Part shown: positions 12,016 through 24,121 of the stretch, piece after piece
Numbering within the stretch: position 1 is the first letter of the stretch
Layout of the letters: each line of letters begins with the position of its first letter
Source: an uncultured Gammaproteobacteria bacterium
GTDB lineage: Bacteria > Patescibacteriota > Patescibacteriia > UBA9934
DNA: 64,000 nucleotides
Direction of reading: 5' to 3'
NCBI GenBank assembly: GCA_964552565.1
Contig: CAZKGL010000001.1
Coordinates: forward strand, 371,061 to 435,060
Made by a program: the position numbers and the translations under genes
The notes under the pieces: generated by a model
What the model was told of the DNA's origin: nothing
The model's input: the letters and a program-made list of their open reading frames with translations, nothing else
Database searches by the model: none

Positions 12016-12327
12016 ATGTTCCAGACCCACGCCGCCGTCGTGCTCATGGAGCTCGACTCGGAGCCAGCGCTCGACCTCGTGCTCATCGCCGGCAACGACG
12101 GCGAGGAGGAGGTCATCGCGTTCACGGCCGTCACCATGGACGGCGAGCGCGTGCTCGAGTCCGAGCCGCTCACGCGCCGCCTCGTCTCGGAGGAGGATCC
12201 GCGCATGCTGCGCGCCCTTGCCCGCTTCGCGGCGATGTGGGGGCTGCACGCGGGCGACCTCGTCCGCATGTTCGCCGCCTACGAGGCGTACGAGCACCTG
12301 ACGCTCGACCCGCGCCTCGCCGCCTGA
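12016..12327 (+). CDS. Hypothetical protein
   Basis: GGAGGTG SD 4 nt before ATG, own promoter-like site, strong GC3 bias. Confidence 0.75.
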   Translation: MFQTHAAVVLMELDSEPALDLVLIAGNDGEEEVIAFTAVTMDGERVLESEPLTRRLVSEEDPRMLRALARFAAMWGLHAGDLVRMFAAYEAYEHLTLDPRLAA

Positions 12328-12342
12328 ACCTCATCCGTCTCC

Positions 12343-12371
12343 GCCCCGCATCGAGCTCCGCGATGCGGGGC
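12343..12371 (+). repeat. Hairpin repeat copy 1 (GCCCCGCATCG-7nt-CGATGCGGGGC)
   Basis: 11-bp perfect stem; similar copy at 12807-12832. Confidence 0.75.
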
Positions 12372-12430
12372 TCGCGCGTCTTGACGGCAGAGGTCGTTTT
12401 CGAGACGATGGGAATCACAGGAGGTGTCGG

Positions 12431-12787
12431 ATGTCCCGTTGCCTTGTCCATCTGCGCCATGTCGTCGCGCTGTTCGAGAGCAATCCCGGCGTGCACTACC
12501 TGCCGGAGCTCCTCGCCGCGATCGGCCATGCGCTCGAGCTCGACATGACGAACGCCGAGGTCGACGACGTCGCCCGACGGTTCGCGCCCCTCGTCCGCTC
12601 GATCGACCGCGACCGGCGCCAGCGCGCCGTCACCGAGTGCGTCACCACGCTCACGGACAGCCGGTGCAGCCGCGACTACTTCGAGGCCTTCGATCCCGAT
12701 GAGGCGACGCCGCGCGACGTGCTGCGGTGGATCCAACTCGGCGCCAGACGGCTCGCCTGCCCGGTCGTCGTCCCGCGCGCCGCCTGA
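12431..12787 (+). CDS. Hypothetical protein
   Basis: GGAGGTG SD 4 nt before ATG, own promoter-like site. Confidence 0.75.
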   Translation: MSRCLVHLRHVVALFESNPGVHYLPELLAAIGHALELDMTNAEVDDVARRFAPLVRSIDRDRRQRAVTECVTTLTDSRCSRDYFEAFDPDEATPRDVLRWIQLGARRLACPVVVPRAA

Positions 12788-12806
12788 TCGGCGGCAATAC
12801 CCGTGT

Positions 12807-12846
12807 CCCCGCATCGAGCCTCCGGTGCGGGGCTCATGCTTTTTTC
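12807..12846 (+). terminator. Hairpin repeat copy 2 followed by T-tract (putative terminator)
   Basis: CCCCGCATCG-agcctc-CGGTGCGGGG, then ctcatgc-TTTTTT. Confidence 0.6.
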
Positions 12847-12904
12847 TGACGAGAAACGGCCTACGCGCGAGGGCGAGGCCGCATTGAACCACTGCGGCGG
12901 TTGA

Positions 12905-13051
12905 CTAGCCGTCGAACTCCGAGCAGTTCATGACGATGCGGTACGTGCATTTTTCACTGCGGCAGATGACCTTGCACTTCTCGTTCTCGCAACGCTCGCC
13001 GCACACTGGGCAGAGCATGTTGGGTATCGGTTCCGGGATTTCGTCGGTCAT
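12905..13051 (-). CDS. Small CPxCG-type zinc-finger protein (48 aa)
   Basis: Manual translation MTDEIPEPIPNMLCPVCGERCENEKCKVICRSEKCTYRIVMNCSEFDG. Confidence 0.65.
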   Translation of the reverse strand: MTDEIPEPIPNMLCPVCGERCENEKCKVICRSEKCTYRIVMNCSEFDG

Positions 13052-13298
13052 AGCGTTTCACTTTTTTCACGATCGTGAATGTTCTGTAACGCGATCATTC
13101 AGCCCTGTTATTTTATGGCGGCCGTCGATTTTTTGACACCTGAGGTACGTTTTTTGTCCGATCGGACATTTCCCGTTCCTTTAAACGAAAGGACTGCGCT
13201 CGCTGGCAGTGGTCCTTTGCAGGATGGGAACAAACTGAAGACCGCGCCCGGGCCACGATCTCCAGCCTCGATGAGGCGAGTGTGGCGCCGAAGCGCGG

Positions 13299-13667
13299 TC
13301 AGGGGCTGTACGTGTGGATGATGACCTGGGCGACGAGGATCTTGGTGATGACGACCTCGGTCGTCTTCCGGCGGTCCTTCTCATCGTTCTCGAGAACCCG
13401 CTGCAGCATGCACGAGACCTCGTTGAGCTCGCGATGAGGGTCTTCCTGAGCACCGTGAGGCTGGAACCGCAGCTTGAGATCCGTGACCTGATCGATCACA
13501 CGCTCGAACCGCCCCCGAACATCGTAGGGCCGGTCGTCGCGACCCACGACGCGCTCGCCGTGAACCTTCGCAGTCGACTTGGTGAGCACGATCTCGCGCG
13601 TCAGGTGCGAGCTCGGCAGTTCTTCGCCCTCGCACCAGACATGCAGGAGGAGGCGGAAACTGATCAT
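13299..13667 (-). CDS. Hypothetical protein
   Basis: GGAG SD and TTGACA-N17-TAGCAT promoter upstream. Confidence 0.7.
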   Translation of the reverse strand: MISFRLLLHVWCEGEELPSSHLTREIVLTKSTAKVHGERVVGRDDRPYDVRGRFERVIDQVTDLKLRFQPHGAQEDPHRELNEVSCMLQRVLENDEKDRRKTTEVVITKILVAQVIIHTYSP

Positions 13668-13689
13668 TGGCACTCCAGGTTGCGCGCGA

Positions 13690-13718
13690 ATGCTAGCGCA
13701 AAATTCAACCTTTGTCAA
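13690..13718 (-). promoter_or_regulatory. Sigma70-type promoter
   Basis: Minus strand TTGACA-N17-TAGCAT. Confidence 0.65.
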
Positions 13719-13720
13719 CC

Positions 13721-13746
13721 AAAAAAGCCCTGTTCGGGGCTTTTTT
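13721..13746 (-). terminator. Intrinsic terminator of atp operon (bidirectional type)
   Basis: AAAAAAGCCC-tgttcg-GGGCTTTTTT just after atpC. Confidence 0.8.
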
Positions 13747-13754
13747 GATTGGGC

Positions 13755-14204
13755 TTATTCGTTTACCGGGGCTTGGGTTTTTGAGCCGCGGTGCTTGTGT
13801 TTCATTGCGACGCGGTAGCGGGCCAGTTCGCGTTCGAGGTGTGCAGCGGCGTCGGCGAATGCGACAGCATCCTTGTTCTTCGCCTCGACGAGCGCCTGTT
13901 CGGCACGCTTCTTTGCTTCCTCAATCGCCGCGAGCTCCAGTTCGTCGGATCGTTCCGCGGTGTCTGCGAGGATGACGATCTCGTTTGCGCCGCGGACTTC
14001 CAGGAGCCCGGTCGATACGGCGAGCGCCGTTTCCTCCTTGCCCTGCATGACCCGCATTTCACCAGCGCGGAGCAGCGTTGCCAGCGGGATGTGGTTCGGC
14101 AGCACGGTAATCTCGCCGTTCTCGGTCATCGCGGTCACCGAATCAACCGTGCTCTCGAGCACGATGCGTTCCGGGGTCACGATCTTGAGTTTGAGTTGCG
14201 CCAT
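13755..14204 (-). CDS. atpC: ATP synthase epsilon subunit
   Basis: IVTPER, GEITVLPNHIPL. Confidence 0.96.
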   Translation of the reverse strand: MAQLKLKIVTPERIVLESTVDSVTAMTENGEITVLPNHIPLATLLRAGEMRVMQGKEETALAVSTGLLEVRGANEIVILADTAERSDELELAAIEEAKKRAEQALVEAKNKDAVAFADAAAHLERELARYRVAMKHKHRGSKTQAPVNE

Positions 14205-14223
14205 AGCTTTTTTCTCTCCTAGA

Positions 14224-15701
<1,478 letters not shown>

Positions 15702-16565
15702 TTATTTCTCAAGTGCCGCTTTACCGCTGCTGATTTCGGCAATTTCTTGCGTAATCGCGGCCTGGCGTGCCTGGTTATAGGTGAAGGTCAGGTCTTCGAG
15801 CATTTCGGTCGCCGAGTCGGAGGCGTTCCGCATCGCCATCATGCGTGCCGCGTGTTCGCTCGCCGCTGCCTCGAGGAGCGCCTGGAACACCATGGTTTCA
15901 ATGAGGCCCGGTAGCGCGCGGTCGAGGACCTTTTGCGGACTCGGTTCGAAGGTAAATTCCCTTCCGACGTCATGTGCGCCGTCCACCGTCATCGGCAGAA
16001 GCGTCGTCATGTTCGGTCGCTGCGTGATACCGGAGACGTAGTCGGTGTAGCCGAGGAGCACGGTTTTGTACTCGCCCGCGGTGAACCGCTCGATGATCAT
16101 GCGCCCGATCGGGATAATGTCCTTGAACTGCGGGCTTTCGGCAAGGCCGGGGAACGAGGCGATGACCGGGTATCCGGCGCGCGCCAATGCGTCGCCGCCG
16201 CGTTTGCCGATCGCGACCACGTCGACGCTTCCCGCGGGCAGCTGCTTGAGGGCCGCAAGCGCGGTCTTCAGCATGTTGACGTTATAGCCGCCGGCAAGTC
16301 CGCGGTCGGAGCTGAAGAGCACGAGCAATGTGCGGGTCGCCCCTTCCTTGCGTTCGAGGAGCGGGTGGCGAATCGCCTCCCCCGTCGCCGCAGCAACCGC
16401 GCGGATCGTTTCCCACGACAGCTGCGCATACGGCCTCGTCTTCACGACGGCGGTTGCGGCGCGACGCATCTTTGCGGCAGCAACAAGCTCCATCGCTTTC
16501 GTAATCTTGCGAGTATTACGAACCGATTTGATACGGCGCTGAATTGCTTTTTTCGAGATGGCCAC
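15702..16565 (-). CDS. atpG: ATP synthase gamma subunit
   Basis: KITKAMELVA, SDRGLAG, RQAAITQEI. Confidence 0.98.
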   Translation of the reverse strand: MAISKKAIQRRIKSVRNTRKITKAMELVAAAKMRRAATAVVKTRPYAQLSWETIRAVAAATGEAIRHPLLERKEGATRTLLVLFSSDRGLAGGYNVNMLKTALAALKQLPAGSVDVVAIGKRGGDALARAGYPVIASFPGLAESPQFKDIIPIGRMIIERFTAGEYKTVLLGYTDYVSGITQRPNMTTLLPMTVDGAHDVGREFTFEPSPQKVLDRALPGLIETMVFQALLEAAASEHAARMMAMRNASDSATEMLEDLTFTYNQARQAAITQEIAEISSGKAALEK

Positions 16566-16574
16566 AACGTACGG

Positions 16575-18077
16575 TTACTTGGTGAACATGCCGAGGAAAT
16601 TCTTGAGGTGCGTCTCGAGTTCGGCCTTTGCCTCCGGCGTGACGTCCTTTGCGGACTCGATCGCCTTCAGCGTCGACTCGCCGCTCGTGCGCATGTACGC
16701 GAGGAACTCCTGCTCGAAGCGCGACACGTCAGCGACGTCGATCGTGTCGAGGAACCCGTTGTTGAGCGCGAAGATCATGATGGACTGCTCAAAGAACGGG
16801 AGCGGTGCGTACTGCTTTTGCTTCATGAGTTCCATGGCGCGGCGGCCGCGCTCGATTTGCTTCTTGGTCGCCTCGTCCATGTCCGACGCAAACTGCGCGA
16901 ACGCTTCGAGTTCGCGGAACTGCGCCAGGTCGACTTTCAGCGTCTTCGCGACGTTCTTCATCGCCTTCGTCTGCGCGGCGCTGCCGACGCGCGACACCGA
17001 AAGGCCGACGTTCAGGGCCGGGCGCTGGCCGCGGTAGAACAGGTCGCTCTCGAGGTAGATCTGGCCGTCGGTGATGGAGATGACGTTCGTCGGGATGTAC
17101 GCCGACACGTCGCCGCCCTGCGTCTCGATGATCGGGAGCGCGGTAATCGACCCGCCGCCGTGCTCTTCGCTGACGCGTGCGGCGCGCTCGAGGAGGCGGG
17201 AGTGGAGGTAGAAGACGTCGCCCGGGTAGGCTTCGCGGCCCGGCGGACGGCGCAGGAGGAGCGAAATTTCGCGGTATGCCCACGCGTGCTTGGAAAGGTC
17301 ATCGTAGACGATGAGCACGTCCTCGCCCTTCTCCATGAAGTATTCGGCGATGGCGCAGCCTGCGTACGGGGCGATGTAGAGCATCGACGCCGGATCCGAC
17401 GCGCCGGCGAGCACGATGGTCGTGTACTCCATCGCGCCGGCCTTTTCGAGGCGCGCCTTGATGTTCGCCACCTTCGACTCCTTCTGGCCGACGGCGACGT
17501 AGACGCATTTCACGCCAAGCCCCTTCTGGTTCAAAATCGTGTCGATGGCGATTGCGGTCTTGCCGGTCTGGCGGTCGCCGATGATGAGCTCGCGCTGGCC
17601 GCGGCCGATCGGGATGAGCGCGTCAATCGCCTTGATGCCGGTTTGCAGCGGCACCGAGACGGATTTGCGCGTCATGACGCCCGGCGCGACCTTTTCGATC
17701 GGCATGTCCTTCGCCACGGTGATGGCGCCTTTGCCGTCGACCGGGTTGCCGAGCGCATCGACCACGCGGCCGATGATGTCGTCGCCGACCGGAATAGCAA
17801 GGATGCGGCCCGTTGCGCGGACCGTGTCGCCTTCGCTGATGCCTGAGGTCTCGCCAAGGATGATGGCGCCGATGACCTCGTCTTCGAGGTTGAGCGCGAT
17901 GCCGGTGACGCCGTTGAAGTCAAGCATTTCCTGCGCCTTGACGTTGGCGAGTCCGGACACGCGCGCGACGCCGTCCGCGACCGACAGGACGGTGCCGACG
18001 GTCTCGACGTGCGCGTCGGCCTTGAAGGCCTCGATCTGCTCGCGCAAGGCGGAAATGATATCTGCTTTCTTTGCCAT
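16575..18077 (-). CDS. atpA: ATP synthase alpha subunit
   Basis: [20 protein letters not shown]. Confidence 0.99.
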   Translation of the reverse strand: MAKKADIISALREQIEAFKADAHVETVGTVLSVADGVARVSGLANVKAQEMLDFNGVTGIALNLEDEVIGAIILGETSGISEGDTVRATGRILAIPVGDDIIGRVVDALGNPVDGKGAITVAKDMPIEKVAPGVMTRKSVSVPLQTGIKAIDALIPIGRGQRELIIGDRQTGKTAIAIDTILNQKGLGVKCVYVAVGQKESKVANIKARLEKAGAMEYTTIVLAGASDPASMLYIAPYAGCAIAEYFMEKGEDVLIVYDDLSKHAWAYREISLLLRRPPGREAYPGDVFYLHSRLLERAARVSEEHGGGSITALPIIETQGGDVSAYIPTNVISITDGQIYLESDLFYRGQRPALNVGLSVSRVGSAAQTKAMKNVAKTLKVDLAQFRELEAFAQFASDMDEATKKQIERGRRAMELMKQKQYAPLPFFEQSIMIFALNNGFLDTIDVADVSRFEQEFLAYMRTSGESTLKAIESAKDVTPEAKAELETHLKNFLGMFTK

Positions 18078-18081
18078 ATGC

Positions 18082-18471
18082 TTAGACTTCGCTATACATT
18101 GCCTGTTTCAACCGCATGAGCGCCCCCGTGACCGAACCGTCGATGCGTGTGTTGTCGATGCGGACGATGGCGCCACCGATCAGCCGGTCATCGATGACCT
18201 CGGCGACATCGGCGCCCGCCCCGCGCTTCTCGAGTTCCGCGCGCGCGGCCTCGGTGAGCGAGTGGGCGGAGACGACCGTGATCGACGACGCGCCGTAGAC
18301 CTTCGCCCAGGCGTTGTGGATCGCCGCTTCGAGCTCGCGCCACTTGCTGAGCGCGCCGTGTTCGGCGAGGAACGCGACGACCGACTGCATCATCGCCTTG
18401 ATCTCTGCCGCGCTCTTGCCCTCCGCGGCTTTTGCGACCGTTTCCGCGATCGCGTGCATGGGAAGCCGCAT
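18082..18471 (-). CDS. atpH: ATP synthase delta subunit (short form)
   Basis: [18 protein letters not shown]; position in operon. Confidence 0.9.
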   Translation of the reverse strand: MRLPMHAIAETVAKAAEGKSAAEIKAMMQSVVAFLAEHGALSKWRELEAAIHNAWAKVYGASSITVVSAHSLTEAARAELEKRGAGADVAEVIDDRLIGGAIVRIDNTRIDGSVTGALMRLKQAMYSEV

Positions 18472-18473
18472 AG

Positions 18474-19067
18474 TTAGGTCATTTTGCGCACGACCTCTTC
18501 GGCCAGCGATTTGGATTTCCCTTCATCGACACCCGTGTGCAGGATGCGCGCGGCAGCCTTCACGGCGATATCGACCATGTCTTTGCGCACCTCGCGCAGC
18601 ATGGACTCCTTGTCGATGATGAGCTGTTGTTTGCCTTTGGCGATGACGCGCTCCACCTCGCGTTTTGCCGCGTCGATCATCTCCTCCTTGCGCGTCTCGC
18701 TTTGCGCGACCGCGGCGGTGACGATCTCCTGCGCCTCCTTGCGCGCAGCGGCAAGCAGCGCCTCGCGCTCCACTTCGAACTCGCGGACGCGGGCCTCGAC
18801 CGCTTCGGCGTCTGCGACGCTTTTTGCGATCTTCGCCTCGCGTTCCTCAAGCATGCGGAGCACCGGTTTGTAGGCGAACTTCCACAAGACGAAAAGCACG
18901 AGGAGGAAGTTGACGAGCTGCGCGACGAACATGCCGCCGTTCAGCCCGAACGTGCCGATGACGGCCGCAGGGCCGCCGGCTGCTTCTTCGGTTGCCGCAA
19001 TTTCGGTCGACGTCTCCGCGACGCCTTCTGCGGCGATGGTGGTTGCTTCGTTTGTGGGGGTGGACAT
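18474..19067 (-). CDS. atpF: ATP synthase subunit b
   Basis: AQLVNF..LWKFAYKP plus coiled coil; start taken at the ATG downstream of the palindromic insert. Confidence 0.93.
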   Translation of the reverse strand: MSTPTNEATTIAAEGVAETSTEIAATEEAAGGPAAVIGTFGLNGGMFVAQLVNFLLVLFVLWKFAYKPVLRMLEEREAKIAKSVADAEAVEARVREFEVEREALLAAARKEAQEIVTAAVAQSETRKEEMIDAAKREVERVIAKGKQQLIIDKESMLREVRKDMVDIAVKAAARILHTGVDEGKSKSLAEEVVRKMT

Positions 19068-19076
19068 AACCGGTGT

Positions 19077-19154
19077 GTCATTGCGAGGAGCGCAGCGACG
19101 AAGCAATCCGGGCTAGCCAAGATTGCTTCGGCCGTGGGACGGCCTCGCAATGAC
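19077..19154. repeat. 78-bp palindromic miniature element GTCATTGCGAGG...CCTCGCAATGAC
   Basis: 12-bp terminal inverted arms; inner CGAAGCAATC/GATTGCTTCG and GCCGT/ACGGC hairpins. Confidence 0.85.
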
Positions 19155-19164
19155 GGAGATAAAA

Positions 19165-20280
<1,116 letters not shown>

Positions 20281-20300
<20 letters not shown>

Positions 20301-20574
20301 CGCCAGGTTCGGAACCTTGCTTGTCAAAAAGTTTTTGGTACGCGCGGCCATACGAACGAACTTTCCGGATCAGGATGAAGACGGTCAGGACAAAGGTGCA
20401 TGCGAGGAGCCCGATGAACCATGCCCTCCCCGTGCCGTACCGGCCGTCGAGGAATCGACCCAAGAGCGCGGCGACCACTGCCGGGACGAAAATCGTCGCG
20501 GTCAGGTCCGCCATGGCGCGAAGGGCGAATACGTAGTATTTCCCCAGCCCCTTTTCCTGCATAAATTGCGCCAT
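20281..20574 (-). CDS. AtpZ/AtpI family protein
   Basis: LGRFLDGRYGT 2-TM pattern; first gene of atp operon; start uncertain. Confidence 0.75.
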
Positions 20575-20600
20575 AAGTATAGACGTGGCGAGAGGCTGCG

Positions 20601-21485
20601 TCAAGCGCGCTCGAGCCCAAAAAGCCGGACGGCGTTTTCCGTGGTCACTCGGGCGACCTCGTCGACGGATATGCCTTTAAGTTCAGCGATTTTTTCGGCC
20701 ACATATTCCACGTAACGCGGCTCATTTCGTTTGCCGCGCAGCGGGGCGGGTGTGAGGTACGGGGCATCGGTTTCGAGCATGATCTGCGCGAGCGGGATCT
20801 CCCGCACCGCGTCCTGGACGTTCTTCCCAAAGGTCACGATGCCGCCGATCGACACCAGGAACCCGACATCCCGATATGCCGCCGCTTCTTCTGCCGTGCC
20901 CGTAAAACAATGGATAACGCCGCCCTTCGTGAGCCCGCCACGGTTGTTCACCTCTTCGGCGAGGAGGCGCACCTGGTCGGCGTGCGCGTCGCGACAGTGG
21001 ATGACTACCGGTTTGTCTACTTCGGACGCGAACTGCAGTTGGGCCCGGCATGCGTCGCGCTGGTCTTGCTTCATGCGCTCGACGTCGACGCCTGGCGGGA
21101 CGCGGTAATAGTCCAACCCGAACTCGCCGATGGCGACGACTTTCGGATGCCGTACAAGCGTTCGATAGTATTCCGGGTCAAACGCCTCCGCGCGGGTTTT
21201 TATTTTCGAGAACGCGTTCCCATTTGGTAATGGATTATCATTTGGTAATTCATTCTCATCAAGAAACTCCTGTGCGTGGAGGTGGTTCGGATGCAGTCCG
21301 ATGGTGCACCAGACACCGTCGTACCGTTCTGCAACCTCGAGGCCGTTCTTGCTCGTTGTCGACTGCGTGCCGACCGTAATCATGCCGACGCCCGCATCGA
21401 GCGAGCGGCGGATCACGTCGTCCATGTCGTCCTTGTACGCCTGGAAGTGGACGTGGCAGTGCGTGTCGATGAAACGCATGCGCAT
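20601..21485 (-). CDS. tatD: TatD family hydrolase
   Basis: DTHCH, GLHP, IGEFGLDY, HCR, HCF, ETDAPYL. Confidence 0.95.
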   Translation of the reverse strand: MRMRFIDTHCHVHFQAYKDDMDDVIRRSLDAGVGMITVGTQSTTSKNGLEVAERYDGVWCTIGLHPNHLHAQEFLDENELPNDNPLPNGNAFSKIKTRAEAFDPEYYRTLVRHPKVVAIGEFGLDYYRVPPGVDVERMKQDQRDACRAQLQFASEVDKPVVIHCRDAHADQVRLLAEEVNNRGGLTKGGVIHCFTGTAEEAAAYRDVGFLVSIGGIVTFGKNVQDAVREIPLAQIMLETDAPYLTPAPLRGKRNEPRYVEYVAEKIAELKGISVDEVARVTTENAVRLFGLERA

Positions 21486-21488
21486 ATG

Positions 21489-21971
21489 TTAATCGAGTCG
21501 AAGGATATGAACGGCCTGCGAAATGATCGCGCTCTCCGACATGAACGCGCTGCTCACGAACCCCGACGGAACGAGGTAGTTGACCGCGACGTAGAGGAGG
21601 ATGGCCGCGAACACCCCGCCCTCGATGACGCCGACGACAGCTCCGAGGATGCGGTTGATGAGGCCAACGCCGGGAATAATGCTGATGATGCGGAACAGCC
21701 CGTTCAGCAATGAAACGACAAGCCGGAGCAGCCGGATGACGAGCAGGAAGACCGCGACGAACGCGAGGAGCATCAGGATCGGGTGTGCGGACTTGAACGC
21801 CGCAAGAAATGCGATGTCGTCAACAAACGAAAACAACAGTCCGGTGATGACCATCCCTGCAACAAGGCTCAAGACGTTGCCGAATGCCACGACGAAACCG
21901 GCGCGCCATCCGTGGATGACGCCGAGCGCGAGGATGGCGAGGATGGCGATGTCGGCCCATGTCATATGCAA
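21489..21971 (-). CDS. CvpA family membrane protein
   Basis: GWRAGF, NRILGAVVG. Confidence 0.85.
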   Translation of the reverse strand: MHMTWADIAILAILALGVIHGWRAGFVVAFGNVLSLVAGMVITGLLFSFVDDIAFLAAFKSAHPILMLLAFVAVFLLVIRLLRLVVSLLNGLFRIISIIPGVGLINRILGAVVGVIEGGVFAAILLYVAVNYLVPSGFVSSAFMSESAIISQAVHILRLD

Positions 21972-22001
21972 TCGGCGGGGTGCGGGGACCCCCGCCTATG
22001 A

Positions 22002-23444
22002 TTATGGAGAGGTTTGGTCGTGGCGCGGGAAGAGCGGGTCGCCATGGACGATCGTGGCATCGGCGTAGCGGCGCAGGATCTCCTCGGACGCATTCGGAGT
22101 GATCGGCGCCATCGCCTTCGCGATCCAGCGCACCATGCCCGCGGTCTCGGACAGCGTCTTTTTTGCTGCGGCCGGGTCGGTCTTCGCCGTCTTGAACGGC
22201 GCCTCCTGGTCGATCTTCAGGTTTGCCGCGTCAACGACGTCCCACACCGCTTCGATATACGACTTGAAGTCGTACTTCTCGATGAGCGATGCGAGCCGGG
22301 CATCGTCGCCCGCGTAGTCCGCCATGTCGAGCGCGCCCTCAAAGTATTTGTGCGCCATCGCGGAGACACGGCTTACGAGGTTGCCGAGGCCGTTCGCGAG
22401 GTCGGCGTAGCGTTCCTCGAGCTTTGCAATGCTGATGTCGCCGTCGTCGCCATACGGGAGCGACCGCAGGAAGCCGTAGCGGAGCGCATCGACGCCGAAG
22501 TCATCGACGAGCGCGATCGGGTCGAGCACGTTGCCGAGCGACTTCGACATCTTTTCCCCATCGACGGTAAAGAAGCCGTGCACGAAGACCTCGGTCGGCA
22601 ACGGAACGCCCGCCGAAAGGAGGAATGCCGGCCAGTACACGACATGGAAGCGCGCGATGTCCTTGCCGATGACGTGGAGGCGCTGGTCTGCGTCGAGCCA
22701 AAAATCATGGTACGCCGGCGCGTCGTCCGCAAACCCCAGCGCGGCGATATAGTTGCTGAGCGCGTCGACCCAGACGTACATCACTTGGCGTTCATCACCC
22801 GGGACCGGGACGCCCCAGTGCTCGGCGCGCTCGACGCTGCGCGAAATACTGAAGTCCTGCAGCCCGCCTCGGACGAAGGCGAGCATTTCATTCTTGCGCG
22901 AGGCCGGCGTGATCTTCAGCGTGTCGTTCGCGATGAGCTCTTCGAGTTTCTGCTGGTAATTCGAGAGTTTGAAGAAATAGTTTTCCTCTTCCACGTGCTC
23001 GAGGGGCTTCTTATGGATCGTGCAGATGCCGCCAGGGGCCTCGGCGTCGGTATAGAACATTTCGCAGCCGACGCAGTAGTTGCCGCGGTACTTCTTCTTA
23101 TAAATATCCTCCGGCTTGAACATGCTCCAGAGCTTTTGCGCTCCGCGCATGTGCCGCTCTTCACGCGTCCGGATGAAATCGTCGAACGTCAGCGCGAGCA
23201 CGTCCTTCAGGTTTTTGAAAACTTCGGCGTGGCGTGCAACGTACGTTTCGGTCTCCTCGCCCGCCGCTTCCGCCGCGCGGACGTTCTTGAGGCTGTTGTC
23301 ATCCGTGCCGTACTGCCCGCGGACCGCGTCGCCCGTTGCGCGGAAGTAGCGCAAGAGCGCGTCGGCTTGGATGTACTCCAATGCATGGCCGATGTGGGGC
23401 TTGGCGTTCACGTACGGGATGGCGGTCGTAATGTAGCGCTTCAT
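22002..23444 (-). CDS. metG: Methionine--tRNA ligase
   Basis: HIGH, KMSKS, YCVGCE knuckle; start at MKRYITTA. Confidence 0.97.
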   Translation of the reverse strand: MKRYITTAIPYVNAKPHIGHALEYIQADALLRYFRATGDAVRGQYGTDDNSLKNVRAAEAAGEETETYVARHAEVFKNLKDVLALTFDDFIRTREERHMRGAQKLWSMFKPEDIYKKKYRGNYCVGCEMFYTDAEAPGGICTIHKKPLEHVEEENYFFKLSNYQQKLEELIANDTLKITPASRKNEMLAFVRGGLQDFSISRSVERAEHWGVPVPGDERQVMYVWVDALSNYIAALGFADDAPAYHDFWLDADQRLHVIGKDIARFHVVYWPAFLLSAGVPLPTEVFVHGFFTVDGEKMSKSLGNVLDPIALVDDFGVDALRYGFLRSLPYGDDGDISIAKLEERYADLANGLGNLVSRVSAMAHKYFEGALDMADYAGDDARLASLIEKYDFKSYIEAVWDVVDAANLKIDQEAPFKTAKTDPAAAKKTLSETAGMVRWIAKAMAPITPNASEEILRRYADATIVHGDPLFPRHDQTSP

Positions 23445-24121
23445 ACCTTCCAATGCTTCGGTGCTAAGACAATGACGAACTCGCCCTTGCTGCTTGTCGC
23501 CGCGATCGCATCGGCGATTGACGCTGCCGTGCCGCGGTAGATCGTTTCGTGCAGCTTCGTCAGCTCGCGGCCGACCATCATCGGGCGGTCCTGCGGCAGT
23601 TCTGCGAGGGTCTTCATGATGCGGTGGGTCGATTCGTACAGCACGACGGTTTCTTCGCGCTCCGCGACCTCGCGGAAGAACGTCGCTCGCCCTTTTTTGT
23701 GTGGCGGAAAAGCGAAGAAGCTGAACCGGTCGGCGGGGAACCCGCACACCGACAAGGCCGCAATAACCGCCGACGGGCCCGGGATCGGCGTGACGGTGAA
23801 GCCGGCTTCCGCAGCGCGCGCAACAAGCTCGCCACCCGGGTCGCTGATGCCCGGCGTCCCGGCGTCCGTGACGAGGCTCACCGACTTCCCTTCCGCCAGG
23901 AATTCGAGGACTCGGCCGATCGCCGCATCGCCCGAATGCTGGTGCAGCGCCATGACCTTGGGGTGCGCATCGATTGATGCGAGGAGTTTTGCCGTGACGC
24001 GGGTGTCCTCTGCACAGACGACATCGGAGGTCCGAAGCGTCTCTGCGGCCCGCGAAGCAAGGTCGGCGAGATTGCCGATCGGGGTTGCAACGACGAAAAG
24101 CTGGCCGTTAGTCGTCTTCAT
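23441..24121 (-). CDS. rsmI: 16S rRNA C1402 2'-O-methyltransferase
   Basis: VATPIGNL, EDTR, DAGTPGISDPG, RELTKLHE. Confidence 0.96.
   Translation of the reverse strand: MKTTNGQLFVVATPIGNLADLASRAAETLRTSDVVCAEDTRVTAKLLASIDAHPKVMALHQHSGDAAIGRVLEFLAEGKSVSLVTDAGTPGISDPGGELVARAAEAGFTVTPIPGPSAVIAALSVCGFPADRFSFFAFPPHKKGRATFFREVAEREETVVLYESTHRIMKTLAELPQDRPMMVGRELTKLHETIYRGTAASIADAIAATSSKGEFVIVLAPKHWKV

Noticed and set aside
12343-12832. Integron attC sites or CRISPR repeats
   Set aside because: No RYYYAAC/GTTRRRY ends, only two copies with a gene-length spacer, and no intI or cas in the window.
22002-23747. N-terminally extended MetG (581 aa)
   Set aside because: The extension overlaps rsmI; the ATG at 23444 fits standard MetG.
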